Assembly (NCBI GenBank): GCA_964016885.1
Contig: OZ024740.1
Location: 272,180,001 to 272,244,000, forward strand
Source: Eledone cirrhosa
Lineage: Eukaryota
Length of the DNA stretch: 64,000 nucleotides
Direction: 5' to 3'
The notes under the pieces are model-generated. The model did not search any database and had not been told where the DNA came from. It saw only the letters and a list, made by a program, of their open reading frames with translations. This document shows positions 12,923 through 28,901 of the stretch, piece by piece; the first letter of the stretch is position 1, and every line of letters begins with the position of its first letter. Position numbers and translations under genes: made by a program.

Positions 12923-13357
12923 ACCACTCTCTGCAACTGCAGAAACCCCGAATCATGCCCCCTTAGTAATGAATGCCTTAAGAAGAACCTAGTATACGGT
13001 TGTAGTGTTAAAAGCCCCAACTCCGAACACCTCTACATAGGAGCCACATCAACGAGCTTTAAAGACCGTTGGTATAACCATCGCCATTCCTTCAATAAGG
13101 AGGCCAAAAGGAAAAGTACGGCTCTCTCCGACCTGATCTGGAAGCTTAAGCTGAACAGGACCCCGTACTCTCTGGCCTGGTCCATAATCAGGAAAGTACC
13201 ACCCGATAAATGGTGATCTGGCATATGCAAACTATGTCTGAACGAGACCCTCGAAATACTAAGAGGTGGAAGCCGCATGATAAACCTCAGAACCGACTTC
13301 TTCGGGACATGCAAACACCTCAGGGCCGGGACCTTCCTCAAGATATATGGACAGTAG
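12923..13357 (+). pseudogene. GIY-YIG endonuclease fragment of a Naiad-type PLE (absent from the ORF track)
   Basis: Manual translation: CNCRNPESCPLSNECLKKNLVY...YIGATSTSFKDRWYNHRHSF...TALSDLIWKLK...W*SGICKLCLNE...INLRTDFFGTCKH; one in-frame TGA at 13214-13216. Confidence 0.8.
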
Positions 13358-14671
13358 CAACACAATAAGATGTGAACTCCCCTCAAGCTATAGGGACTTA
13401 TCCAGAACATGTAGACACCTCTCGGCCAGAGCTCCCTCAAGCTATATGGGCAGTAACAACACCATAGGTTGGGAACTCCCCTCAAGCCATAGGGACCAAC
13501 CCAGGCTGAGCAGACACCATGATAGCCTAGAGATTGATTCTGACACAGCCTTTATAATTTGGCCAACATCTTTATAACACACATTTTATTTTACTTGATT
13601 TTTCATTTTTGATTTTTCATTATTCATTTGTTATTTGTTTTCTGTTTTCTTCACTTTATCACCTTATATTTATATTTAAGTTGAGATTGGTTATAACACA
13701 CACACATTTTATTTTATTATCCTATTTCGTTTTATTCTTTTACCATCTTGTTCCTCCTACCACTTTATCCAACATATTTCTGACCTTGAGATTGGTTATA
13801 CCACACACACATTTTATTTTATGTGAATCTTCATTTTTATTTTTCACTTTTCATTTTCATTTTTCATTTTTCATTTTCATTTTTCATTACTTTTTCATTA
13901 ATTTTTCATTTATTCTCTATTTATTATTTATTTTCTGTTTTCTTCATTTTATTGCCTTCTATTTCTTCATATACATGGTAGAACCCCCCCCCCCCCATCA
14001 CGGGGGATGGTGGCAGGAGGGATGAAGAAACACACACACAGATACTTCTAAATGTCAGCAACAGCAAGACATAGGCTGACCACAACACCAACAATACTAC
14101 CAAAATAAGGGTAGAGGTTAGATGTACTTAACAATAGCAAACACAAACACTACAGGGAGCCTCACCCCAGAAAGAATTTCTATATACTTTTGACTGAGGA
14201 ATGCTCTCAAAACTGACCAATGGGAAGAGTGACCTTACAAATCTTTATAACACTGAGATTGGGTATAACACACACACACACATTTTATTTGATTATTTTA
14301 TTTTATTTTATTTTGTTCCTTTACCACCTTATTCCTTCTACCACTTTATCATTTTTATGAGCTGACTCCAACAACAACACCACTGCCAACATAAGAATAG
14401 AGGTCAGATGTACTTAACAATATCAAGAACAACCACTGCAGATTGGCTTGCCTCAGAACGAATTTCTATAGACTTTTGACTGAGGAATGTTCTAACAACT
14501 GACCAATGAGAGGAGAAGAGGCCCTTTGCCGCTGAAATTCGTTTGTTTAAATTCATATGATTCCAGTTCCTCAGTGAAATAACAACCCAACCAAGAACTC
14601 GGCATATCAGAGTATTGACAAAGTTAAACACCTTACCAACATGAGTACTCGTCTCTACCACACTAATTCGG

Positions 14672-14728
14672 ACTGCCTGAAGAGGTCACAGCCAAAGATG
14701 GCTGTCACCGAAATATATATATAGCAGT
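14672..14728 (+). ncRNA. Type-I HHR in the 3' terminal repeat
   Basis: 5-bp helix I ACUGC/GCAGU, long helix II with one C-C mismatch, palindromic (AU)n helix III, AUA cleavage site. Confidence 0.85.
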
Positions 14729-14871
14729 AATAAACGAAGCCAAATTTTAAACATTTGACTTATTTATTTTATTTTATTTTACATTACTCCGGAGTAACCA
14801 AACCAACCTGCGCACTTCGTCGAGTGCTCCAGCCTGCATACTGAGGTGTTGGTATACAACCAACATATACT

Positions 14872-14922
<51 letters not shown>

Positions 14923-14942
14923 TGTGTGTGTGCATGTGATTG

Positions 14943-14973
<31 letters not shown>

Positions 14974-15129
14974 ATTTGCGTGTCTCTTTGTGAACGAGGT
15001 AAGGCGATAAAACAATATAAAACAAATTGTATAGCACCAACCCCCTTCCCTGATCCAATATTTTATTTGGGAGGCGGATTTGTGGGCGGGGCTCTGATAT
15101 ATTACATTGTGATGATTATTGCATTTGCT

Positions 15130-15131
15130 AC

Positions 15132-15187
<56 letters not shown>

Positions 15188-15366
15188 TTGTTGTTATTCT
15201 TCCATGATTTCCTCTGTTTTATCTTTTTTAAACACTTTTTTATTCAATATTTTACTTGTTTGTTTATGTTATGCCCTTGTTTTTTTTTGATTTGTTTTGT
15301 ATTTGTTTGTTTTTAACTTTCTTAACTTTCTCATTAATACAGATTCAAGCGTGTCGTTTCTCTTCC

Positions 15367-15397
<31 letters not shown>

Positions 15398-15950
15398 ACG
15401 TTTTCTATATTAATGATATTACTGTTGTTGTTGTTGTTACGTTTTCTATATTAATGATATTACTGTTGTTGTTGTTACGTTTTCTATATTAATGATATTA
15501 CTGTTGTTGTTGTTACGTTTTCTATATTAATGATATTACTGTTGTTGTTGTTGTTATTATTGTTGATATTGTTTTTGTAATACTTTTCATATCATTGATA
15601 TTACTGTTGTTATTGTTGTTGTTGTTACGTTTTTTATATCAATAATATTACTGTTGTTATTGTTACGTTTTTTATATCATTGATATTGCTGATGTTGTTG
15701 TTGTTGTTACACTTTTAACACTGATATTGGTGTTGTTATTGTTGTTGTTATGTTTTATATGATTGCCATTGTTGTTGTTATTGCTGTTGTTATTTTTTAT
15801 ATCATTGACATTGTTGTTGTTATTGTTGTTGTTGTTGTTGTTGTTGTTATGTTTATACCATTGTTATTGTTGTTGTTGGTGTTATGTTTTATATCATTGA
15901 CATTGCTGTTGTTATTGTTGTTGTTGTTGGTATTGTTATTGTTGTTTAGA
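15130..15950. repeat. (GTT)n microsatellite with a ~36-42 bp minisatellite
   Basis: gttacgttttctatattaatgatattactgtt repeated at ~15395-15680. Confidence 0.9.
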
Positions 15951-16020
15951 TGTTATAAGTATTTCCTTATTTACTTTATATTTATTTATTAATTTCCTCT
16001 ATTTATTTATGTATATGTTT

Positions 16021-17104
16021 CGCGCTCAGGCTGCGGCACCTCCACGTATTCCTCCCCGGACAACCGGTGTGGGCCCCGTTCGTGAGGCGAGCCTTCCCAC
16101 GACTCGTCTCGCTGACCGAGCTGCAGTCCTGGGTCAAGCAAAGACTTGGGAAAAATGGGCGACTGGCACATCGAATGTGCTCAGGCGCTCACAGTCCTCT
16201 GGCAAACGGATCCGCCGATCAGTGGAGACTCCACTTCGACATTCTATAGAGGGTTGGTCCGTAGCAAGTGCGACGACGCGCTCGGAGAAACTCTAGGCGT
16301 AGAGGAGGACGAACTGGCCAGTCTGTTCGGTAGGACCTTCCGCCTGGGATCAATGGACAACTTCCAAAAGTCCCTGGCCTGGCAGTGCTACCGAGGAGCT
16401 CTACCAGTTAGAGACAAGCTCTACAGACACAGGCGCCCGGGCAGGAACCCTTCGAAAAAGATCTGTCCGAGATGCGTGCGCGACGAGGAAACCGTCGCGC
16501 ACACATTTGTACACTGCCCGGGCGTTACCGACCTGTGGGGTTATGTAGAACGACTATTGTCGCGGGTGGGAACAATCCAGTTGACCACCGAGTCCATTGT
16601 CATGATCAAACCGCAACCCTCCTTCAAAAACGAGCGAGAGGCGGTTTTCCTATGTGTTATGGCTTTGGTGAAAGAGGTTATATGGTGGACGAGGTTAAAA
16701 GGGCTGAGGTCAGATACCTTTCTCTACGGTGAACAACTGATTCGTTTTTTCAAATATCATTTTGGAAGAAGAAGCAGGATGGAGAGAGGGGTGCTGTACC
16801 CCAGCAAATTTTATAAAAGGTGGGTGAATGTGGAAAAGATGGCCTGAGTGGTTGGGCCTTCTCTCTATATAAGGTTGAGGAAAAAGAGGAAGAGAGGGAG
16901 GGAGTACTCACTCTTGGTGCTCCTGGAGATGAGGGTTGTACATTTATTTGGGGTGTGTACAACCCCTGTGTAACGCCTCCTCCATATTGGGGATTTCAAT
17001 TGTTATTTATTATTTTATTAATAGATTTATTTTCATATACCTGTATGTAAACTCTCCATTTGTATTTGTCCCCTTCTTTTGTGCCCTTGTGGCTAATAAA
17101 GAAA
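16021..17104 (+). mobile_element. 5'-truncated Tx1/L1-clade LINE (C-terminal zinc-finger region; ORF 16146-16847)
   Basis: CPRC...ETVAHTFVHC CCHC motif; 3' UTR ends aataaagaaat before (TCTA)n. Confidence 0.85.
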
Positions 17105-17147
17105 TTTATCTATTATCTACCTATCTATCTATCTATCTATCTATCTA

Positions 17148-18967
17148 TCGTGTTCAGAGGCTGGATCGAGGCGATGCACACCAGCATCTGCTCGAGGGTC
17201 AAGGTGAACGGCTACCTATCGGAGCCGTTCGCAATCACGCGTTCCATTCGACAGGGGTTTCCTCTCTCCTCCATTCTGTATGTATTGACTCTAGAGCCAC
17301 TACTGCGGAAATTGGAGCTGTTGCAGGGCATCCCTCTAGAACCGGGACTGAGCAAAGCGGCGTCGGCTTATGCCGACGACGTGACAGTAATGGTGTCGAG
17401 CACCTCGGAAATCGGGGTGATCGGCAACTTACTGAAAGAATACGAAACGCTGACGGGAGCAAAACTAAACCCGGACAAGTCTGTCGGTTTGCAACTCGGT
17501 ACGTGGAGAGGCAAACCGATGACGTCCGACAGCGTCGTTGGACGCTGGACGGACGGACCAGTGAAATTGTTCGGGGTCTGGTTCGGTCCAGACCTCCAGG
17601 TGGAGAAAAACTGGAACGAGGTCACGGCCAAGGTGTTTGCACTCACCCAGAAGTGGGCAGGGTGCAAACTGTCCTTGAAAGGTCGAGATGAGGTGGCGAA
17701 TACTTTCATAGCGTCCGTCATCTACTATCGCTTGACTGTCGTGCCTTGTCCCCGTGAACACCTCGCCAAGATGGAACGCAATCTCTTCCAGTTTCTGTGG
17801 AAGAAGCAGGCTCCGCTGGTGAGGAGATCCGCCTGCTTCCAACGGAGGGCTGGGAATGCCGTGGCCGATGATGCGCAAACATGCGCTGAGGCTGCGGCAT
17901 CTCCAGGTATTCCTCACCGACCCCCAACCGGTGTGGGCACCGTTTGTGAGACAGGCTTTCCCACAGCTCGTCTCGCTGACGGAGTTGCAGTTCTGGGTCA
18001 AGAAAAGACCGAAAACGATGGGCGCCTGGCACAGTGAATGTGCTTACAGTCCTCTGGCAAGCGGGCGCAGCAATCAGTGCAGACTCCACTTCGACATTCT
18101 ATAGAGGGATTGTACGTTACAAGGGCGACGGCGTGCTCGCAGAAACTCTGGGCGTCGAAGACGATAAGCTCACCAGTCTGTTTGGTAGGACTTTCCGCCC
18201 GGGACCTATGGACAACTTCTAGAGGTCCCTGGCCTGGCAGTTCTACCGAGGAGCTCTACCGGTTCGTGACAAGATCTACAGGCACGGACGCCCCGGCAGT
18301 GATCCTTCCAAGAGGACGTGTCCAAGATGCGCGCAGGACATTGAAACAGTCCTGCACGCAATTGTACACTGCCCGGGCATAACCGACCTGTGGAACTATG
18401 CAGAACAACTGCTGTCGCGTATGGGACAAATCCAGTTGACTGCCGAGTCCACAGTAAGGATCAAACCGCCAGCCTCTTTCAAAAACGAAAGAGAGGCGGT
18501 TTTCCTCTGTACGGTGGCTATGGTGAAAGAAGTTATATGGTGGACGAGGTTGAGAGGACTGAGGACAGATGCCTTTCTCTCCGGACAACAATTGATTCCC
18601 TTCTTTAAGTATCACTTTAGAAGGAGAATCAGGGTAGAGAGAGAGGCACTGCACCCCAGTTAATTTACTGAAAGGTGGGTGAATGAAGCGAAAATGGCCC
18701 GAGTGATTGGGCCTTCTCTGTTTATAAGCCTATAGGTTGAAGAAGAGAGCAAAAGGAAGAAAGGAGCACTTGCACAACACGGTCCTGGAGTTGAGGGTTG
18801 TTCTATCAACGGGGTATTAAACAACCCATTTGTGGCGCCTCCCCTATTGGTGATTTCGATTGTTGTAATTGTTTGTTTTTATATTTTTACACGACTATAT
18901 GTAAAATCCCCGGCATGTCTTTGTATTGTTCTCTTTTCTTGTGCGCCCTTGTGGCAAATAAAGAAAT
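17148..18967 (+). mobile_element. 5'-truncated, frameshifted Tx1/L1-clade LINE (RT plus zinc finger)
   Basis: VKVNG, RSIRQGFPLS, AYADD and LNPDKS RT motifs; CPRC..H...C; flanked by (TCTA)n. Confidence 0.9.
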
Positions 18968-20012
18968 ATATCTATATACAGTATTTATCTATCTATCTAT
19001 ATGTTTATCTATCTATCTATTTATGTATATGTCTATTTATCTATCTATGTATATATTTATCTATCTATCTATATGTTTATCTATCTCTCTATCTATTCAT
19101 GTTTTGTTTATTGTCATCGTGTCTATTATTTATAAAGTGTGCCACTTTTTAGTCGTCTTCTTCCCAGTAGCTTCCAGCAAAAGGAAAGAAAGAGAGAAAG
19201 AAAGAGAAAAAAAGAAAGAATGAAAAAGAAAAAAGAAAGAAAGAAATAATATAAACGAAAGAATAAAGAAAGAAAGACAAAAAGAAAGAAAGCGAAAAAG
19301 AAAGAATAAAGGAAAAATAAAGACAAAAAGAAAGACAAAAAGCAAGAAAGACAGAAAGAAAATAAGACAAGAAAGAAAGACAGAAAGGAAGAAATACAGA
19401 AAGGAAGAAAGAAAGAGAAAACGAAAGAATAAAGAAAGAAAGATAGAATAAAGACAAAAAAAAAAAAAAAAAAATAAAAAAAAAAAATAAATAATAAAAA
19501 AAAAATAAAAAAAAAATAAAAAAAAAATAAAAAAAAATAAAAATAAAAAAAGAAAGAATGACGAAAGAAAGACGAAATGAAAGAAACACAAAAAGAAAGA
19601 ACGAAAGAACCACACGAAAAAAGTTAAACAAAAAAGGAAGGAAGACGCTGGAGAAAGTAAAGAGGTGAGATAAGGTAAAGAATGTTCCAGAGCTGAAAGT
19701 AGAACAGTTTGTATATATTTTCAACGTCATCGATAAAATATAACAAGTAAAATAAAGATTTTTTTTAAAAAAAAAAAGCTCTTTTATTATCATTGTATGT
19801 CTGAGGAAGTCAATCACCTATCCACGTTCATTAAGTCACGCATCTTACCTATATACATACAACTTTATAGGTTTTTTTCCTATATATATATATATATATT
19901 TTTTTTTTTTAGTTGTTTGCTTATTGTTGTTGAGGAAATTTTCTTTTTACCTCGTGTATATTATATATATATATATATATATAAATGTATATATATATAT
20001 ATATATATATAA

Positions 20013-20090
<78 letters not shown>

Positions 20091-20327
20091 GTATACCTAC
20101 GCACACACACACACACACATATGTATGTATATATGTATACCTATATATATATATATATATATATAAGTGTATCTATCTATATATATGTGTGTGTGCGTGT
20201 TTGTATATACATATATACAAAACACATGTATATATATAATATAATATATATATATGTATGTATATATGTATACCTATATATATAAGTATATATATATATG
20301 TGTGCGTGCGTGTTTTTATATACATAT

Positions 20328-20369
<42 letters not shown>

Positions 20370-20414
20370 ACAGGCACACATATATATATATATATATATA
20401 TACAGACACACATA

Positions 20415-20481
<67 letters not shown>

Positions 20482-21169
20482 AGTCAAAGACATAAATGTG
20501 TCATTTAGACTAACACAAAAATGTTCATTCTGTAGGTTTAGATCTTCCTGTACAATAGTAGTAGTAGTAGTAGTAGTAGTAGTATGAAGAAGAAGAAAGT
20601 ACGGAGAACTACAGAAATATAGAACAGTGTTGAAAAATTAAGAGAAGGAAAAAAAAACAATAGAAAACAATCAAACAAAGTGAGATATGGGGGGGGGGGA
20701 TAGGGGGCAGTAAAGTCCCAAATCTTCCTTCATTGTGTGGATCACATTTTTTTCACAATATGGAGAACATAACGGGGGGGGGGGGGGGGGGGGCTGATGT
20801 GACAATGAATGGATAATTGTTCTGAAACTTCTTTTTAATCAGTTTTTACTAGATATTGATCTCTTCTCAATCTATGGATCGAATCAGTAGTGAAATGGCG
20901 TTAGAGTGTCGGGTAGAATTGTTTTGCCATATTTGTTCTGGTTCTCTATGCTTTGATATCAAATCCTTTGGAAGTCGATAAATAAAGTGCAAGTCTAGGG
21001 CGGTGTATTGGCAGGAGCGTTAGAACGTCAGGTGGTAAGGTGCCTTGTCGTAACTATTCCAGCTCTGAATGTTCTAGATTTAAATCCCAGCAAGGCATGG
21101 GTTACCAGAAGGCTTTTAGTAGTAGATACTGTATACACTAACCATAAACAAAGTAACACCGATAATAAT

Positions 21170-21327
21170 AATAATAATTGTTTCTACTTTAGGCACAAGG
21201 CCAGCAATTTGAAGGGGTAGAGGAAGGTTGATTAAATCGACCCCAGTGCACCACTGGTACTTTATTTTATCGACCCCGTAAGGATGAAAGGCAAAGCTAA
21301 TCTCGGCGGGGTTTGAACTCAGAACGT
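21170..21327 (-). mobile_element. tRNA-derived SINE, long variant, 5' truncated
   Basis: Family core plus an extra ttaaatcgacccc segment. Confidence 0.8.
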
Positions 21328-21344
21328 ATAATGATAAAAAGAAC

Positions 21345-23551
<2,207 letters not shown>

Positions 23552-23552
23552 A

Positions 23553-23610
23553 ATGTAAGTATGTATGTATACGTACATACATATATGTATACAGACGTAC
23601 AGTAGCATGC

Positions 23611-23644
<34 letters not shown>

Positions 23645-23787
23645 GACGTGGTTGCCTTAACACCGTATGGCATAAATTCAGGCTGTTCTGTTTGTTGACA
23701 AACAAACGAACAAAGCTGCGTTATAATAAACGTCGGCTAAACTGATGCGTGCATATATGTATGTGTACCTGTGTGCATATATGTATG

Positions 23788-23842
<55 letters not shown>

Positions 23843-24294
23843 GCATGCTACTGTACGTCTGTATACATATATGTATGTACGTATAAATACATACTTACAT
23901 TTAAGTAAGTGCCATACTAAGAGTGAGAAATGAAATTTCGTTTTCATTTTTTTTCAACTTATCGTTTGCGGTATGCCTGACCGATTTAACTCACTCAATA
24001 TGCAAATTAGGCTGCTCAGCCGTTAATTTTCATAAGGAAAGTATATACTTTCGAACGTTCAACTATCTGGCAGATGGGTAAACGGTGCTCATGATAGCTA
24101 ACAAGCTTGAAACTAGTACATCGTTCCTGTGTCAGTGTTGAACAAAAAGGTGACGTGGTTGCCTTAACACCGTATGGCATAAATTCAGGCTGTTCTGTTT
24201 GTTGACAAACAAACGAACAAAGCTGCGTTATAATAAACGTCGGCTAAACTGATGCGTGCATATATGTATGTGTACCTGTGTGCATATATGTATG

Positions 24295-24391
<97 letters not shown>

Positions 24392-24510
24392 GCATACTAC
24401 TGTACGTCTGTATACATATATGTATGTACGTATACATACATACTTACATTTAAGTAAGTGCCATACTAAGAGTGAGAAATGAAATTTCGTTTTCATTTTT
24501 TTTCAACTTA
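23553..24510 (+). mobile_element. PLE-derived element (family F6): direct repeats 23645-23960 / 24152-24510, short inverted arm 23553-23612, HHR-like motif at 24081-24125
   Basis: AACGGUG-CUCAUGA-UAGCU-AACA-AGCUU-GAAA-CUAG-UA-CAUCGUU (G5 mutated); intact homologue at 47735-47777. Confidence 0.75.
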
Positions 24511-24525
24511 TATATATATATATGT

Positions 24526-24660
<135 letters not shown>

Positions 24661-24790
24661 TAAAATAAATAAATATATATATATATATATATATGTTTTT
24701 ATATATATATATATATAAATATAAATTTAGCGAGAATCGCATTTCGGCGGGTTGAAATTAGCGAAACGCAGCTTCAATATTGTGCAGACA

Positions 24791-25079
24791 TGGTATTAGA
24801 ATGAAATAGTATGGTAGAATATTAAATGTTAAATGTTAATTGAACAAGTATATATATATGAAAATTGCAAACTTGACTGTCACCACAGAATATGAAACCT
24901 GAAGATTGCGAAAGCATGAAAGTACTTGTTCAATTAACATTTAACATTTAATATTCTACCATACTATTTCATTCTAATACCATTATACATTTTAAAGGAT
25001 TGTAAATAAAACGAGTAAATCAGACAAAGTTGGAATTCCTTTTATTAATATAATCTTCTATACACAATCATACACACCC

Positions 25080-25082
<3 letters not shown>
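24791..25082 (+). mobile_element. Family F2 PLE derivative with HHR at 24896-24930
   Basis: AAC-CUGAAGA-UUGC-GAAA-GCAU-GAAA-GUAC-UU-GUU; partial inverted arm 24791-24850. Confidence 0.8.
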
Positions 25083-25148
<66 letters not shown>

Positions 25149-25151
<3 letters not shown>

Positions 25152-25335
25152 CGAAGGAATCGTTGTAAGGAACCAGATGGACCATAACGCACCAGAGTAC
25201 TCAATACTTAGGGTAGTACAGTGGGTAATAGGAAAATAAATGACCCCGACGGCAGAGCTCAAGCCCTTTCGACGGCTATTTCTTTCCAGAAATAGCCGTC
25301 GAAACGGCTTGAGCTCTGCCCACGGGGTCATACCT

Positions 25336-25341
<6 letters not shown>
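25149..25341 (-). mobile_element. Family F1 fold-back
   Basis: Reverse-orientation copy of 23265-23467. Confidence 0.85.
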
Positions 25342-25378
<37 letters not shown>

Positions 25379-25979
25379 AAAGAATAGAGGTGTAACACAC
25401 AAGTTATTATATATTGGTAAACGGAATAGAAAATGCTGACAAATTGTTCACAGTTGAAAAATGGTTTAATTAGGAATAAAAGAGTATTAGTGATTGTATG
25501 GGTTAGTATTCAGTTGTGGTTTTAAGTTTTTAAGTTTTTACCGGTTGCGCATTTCTAAATGCTTTTCAAAAATAATTTTGAGATAGAGTGTCCGTGCTGT
25601 TTGCTCTGATCTGATTAGTTTTGGGAATTCTACCTGTTTTTATGTTTAAAAAATGGCTCCAGCGTTATTTTTGTGTTGCAAAAATGCTTGTGGTCAAAAC
25701 AATTTTGATTGGTCGGTAGAGGTCATGTGAATGTAAAAAGTTGATTTTGCGCCAAGACTGTTTTTATGTTAAAATGTTAGAAAAGTGGCTCCAGCAAAAA
25801 TTATTGGTCAAAACAATTTTGATTGGTCGGTAGAGGTCATGTGGATAAAAAATTGGTTTTGCGCCAAGATTGAGAAATGACTCTTTCACAACAAGAAAGA
25901 ATGGGAAGAATTAAATAGATTAAAAACCGACAGAACCATTACAATTAAAGAGGCTGATAAAGGGAGTACAGTAGTCCTA

Positions 25980-27830
25980 ATGGAGACAGAATTCTATATC
26001 AACTTAGCGCTCTCCACTTTGGAAAACGAAACATACTACGAAAAGGCTGAACACTACAATCAACAGAAAATTATGAGAAACCTAAAAACTCTAATCAACC
26101 AATACAAAGAAGGACTCACTAACAAGGAATTCAGCTTCATCACAGACTTCACAAGTAAATCCAGCCTTTTCTACGGTATCCCTAAAGTACATAAAAGCGA
26201 ATCAATCAGTAAGGCATGCAAGGAAGCCACAGACATAGTCATCAATGTCCCCTCACCCAATGATCTCAAATTAAGACCTATAATAGCAGGCCCCGCTTGC
26301 GAAACGCACCGTCTTAGCAACTTCATTGATACCCTTCTCAAACCCTTCCTCAAGCACATCAAAAGCTATATAAGGGACGACCTAGATATGCTCAATCACC
26401 TCCCTAATATGACACTTTCTGAACAAACCCTACTAGTGACGTTCGATGTAGTCAACCTATACTCCAACATCCCCCACAACCTAGGAATAGAAGCTATCCA
26501 ATTCTGGCTGGATAACTTCCACAATGAACTCCCACAACGCATCAAAAAAGAATTCGTGATAGAGGGACTCAAATTTATCTTGGAGAACAATTACTTCGTT
26601 TTCAATAACAAACCCTACAGGCAGAAATCTGGGACCGCTATGGGAACGAAAACAGCCCCTACTTATGCCAACCTAGTCATGGGATACCTGGAAATCACCC
26701 TCTACACTAAAGTCCTAAACAAATTTGGAAACACCCTCCACTTACACATTGAAAGGAACTGGAAGCGATATCTAGATGACTGCTTCATCCTTTGGCACGA
26801 AAACATCGAAAAACTTAAAGAATTTCACACCCTTATAAATGGGCTCAACACAAATATTAACTTCACGATGGAATACAGCCATCAACAACTCCCCTTCCTC
26901 GACATCCTCATTAAGATCCATAACAAAAAAATAGAAACAGACATATACTACAAGCCCACAGACTCCAAGCAATACCTCCCCTTCAACTCTTGCCACCCTA
27001 GACACGTTAAAATTAATATTCCCTACAACTTAGCCAAGAGAATCTGTACTATAGTCTCCAATAAAAACATCTGCTACTTACGGCTACAAGAACTAAAGGA
27101 CACACTCATAAGCAGGGACTACCCTGCATCACTAATTGACAATGGAATCCAACGTGCCCTAAAACTCAGTACCCAGGACCTTAGACACCCTAAAGTAAAT
27201 CAACCAAAACTAAAAGCTCTTCCATACATCTCCACACACAACCCCCTCAACAATGAGGCCTTTGACACCATCCTCCAGAACATCCCTGTATTGAAAAAGG
27301 ACCATAGAATGAACCAAATTCTACGAACACACGATATCATAAAGAGCAAAAGACAATCCAAGTCAATGAAAAACATCTTAACACATGCCAAAGTACTGCC
27401 AACCACAACAACGAAACCCACAGTAAAAAAATGCGATAGACCCAACTGTGGCATTTGCATCAACCTAATAGAGGGTTCGGAATTCTATTTCAAAGAAGGA
27501 CAACGTTTTATAGTAAAACACAATTTCACATGTGCATCGGAAAATTTAATATATGTATTAACTTGTTCAGGTTGTCGAGAACAATACATAGGCCAGACCA
27601 AAAACAGCCTCCGCCAACGCATGACTGTCCATAGATCCCAAATTAAAATACGGGAATACAGGAAAATACCACTGAGTGAACACATTGATACCTGTGCCGC
27701 CCAAAATCATCCCAACTTCAGAATCTTTCCCCTCTACAAATTTAAAGATAATGCCACCCACACCCAGCGCATCAGCAAGGAATCTTACTTCATTAACAAA
27801 TACGGACCCCGTCTAAACACTTCTCCCTAA
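25980..27830 (+). CDS. PLE reverse transcriptase plus GIY-YIG endonuclease (5' truncated; frame open from ~25881)
   Basis: Upstream ADKG, YGIPKVHK, LRPII, FDVVNLYSNIP, GTAMG, RYLDD, PFLD, YYKPT; Cys linker CDRPNCGIC; LIY...CSGC...YIGQT..RQR...H. Confidence 0.93.
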   Translation: METEFYINLALSTLENETYYEKAEHYNQQKIMRNLKTLINQYKEGLTNKEFSFITDFTSKSSLFYGIPKVHKSESISKACKEATDIVINVPSPNDLKLRPIIAGPACETHRLSNFIDTLLKPFLKHIKSYIRDDLDMLNHLPNMTLSEQTLLVTFDVVNLYSNIPHNLGIEAIQFWLDNFHNELPQRIKKEFVIEGLKFILENNYFVFNNKPYRQKSGTAMGTKTAPTYANLVMGYLEITLYTKVLNKFGNTLHLHIERNWKRYLDDCFILWHENIEKLKEFHTLINGLNTNINFTMEYSHQQLPFLDILIKIHNKKIETDIYYKPTDSKQYLPFNSCHPRHVKINIPYNLAKRICTIVSNKNICYLRLQELKDTLISRDYPASLIDNGIQRALKLSTQDLRHPKVNQPKLKALPYISTHNPLNNEAFDTILQNIPVLKKDHRMNQILRTHDIIKSKRQSKSMKNILTHAKVLPTTTTKPTVKKCDRPNCGICINLIEGSEFYFKEGQRFIVKHNFTCASENLIYVLTCSGCREQYIGQTKNSLRQRMTVHRSQIKIREYRKIPLSEHIDTCAAQNHPNFRIFPLYKFKDNATHTQRISKESYFINKYGPRLNTSP

Positions 27831-27972
27831 GACGAACCCACAACATACACACGTCAACATACATACCTACATCAGCACACATCTCTACCCACATATAAAC
27901 ACAATGACACACGTAAACACACATGCTCTATGGTGCAATACAAAAAAATATATGTGCATATATATGTATGTA

Positions 27973-28009
<37 letters not shown>

Positions 28010-28446
28010 AAAATATATATATGTGTGTGTGTGTGTGTATATATATATAGTGAATATCATTTCACACCTTTTATTGTTAAGATTGTTGATGTTCTATTAA
28101 GAGAACCGATTTTACTGAAAAAATCGAATAATGTACACCATTTTACCAGGGGGAAAAAAATACTGGTCCACCCACACACGCGCACACACACACACACACA
28201 CATATATACACAAACACATACACACGCGTACATCAACATACAAAGAGACTTATATACACACACACACACACACACACGCACTTCTCCGTATAAGACAAAA
28301 GCTGAAAAATATCTTTTGACCTTCGAATGACTCTGCTGTGTGTATGTACGCACACACACACACACATACACACACTTATCTTAATAGCCATTTGACACAC
28401 ATCGCTGGTGGCTATTGTCGCAGCATCGAACACCTTACTACTACTA

Positions 28447-28542
<96 letters not shown>

Positions 28543-28864
28543 TTGTTGTGAAAGAGTCATTTCTCAATCTTGGCGCAAAACCAATTTTTTATCCACATGA
28601 CCTCTACCGACCAATCAAAATTGTTTTGACCAATAATTTTTGCTGGAGCCACTTTTCTAACATTTTAACATAAAAACAGTCTTGGCGCAAAATCAACTTT
28701 TTACATTCACATGACCTCTACCGACCAATCAAAATTGTTTTGACCACAAGCATTTTTGCAACACAAAAATAACGCTGGAGCCATTTTTTAAACATAAAAA
28801 CAGGTAGAATTCCCAAAACTAATCAGATCAGAGCAAACAGCACGGACACTCTATCTCAAAATTA

Positions 28865-28901
28865 TTTTTGAAAAGCATTTAGAAATGCGCAACCGGTAAA
28901 A
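28865..28901 (+). ncRNA. HHR-like motif, U3-A8 variant with GCAA in place of GAAA (mirror copy ~25536-25572)
   Basis: UUU-UUGAAAA-GCAUUU-AG-AAAUGC-GCAA-CCGG-UA-AAA. Confidence 0.55.
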
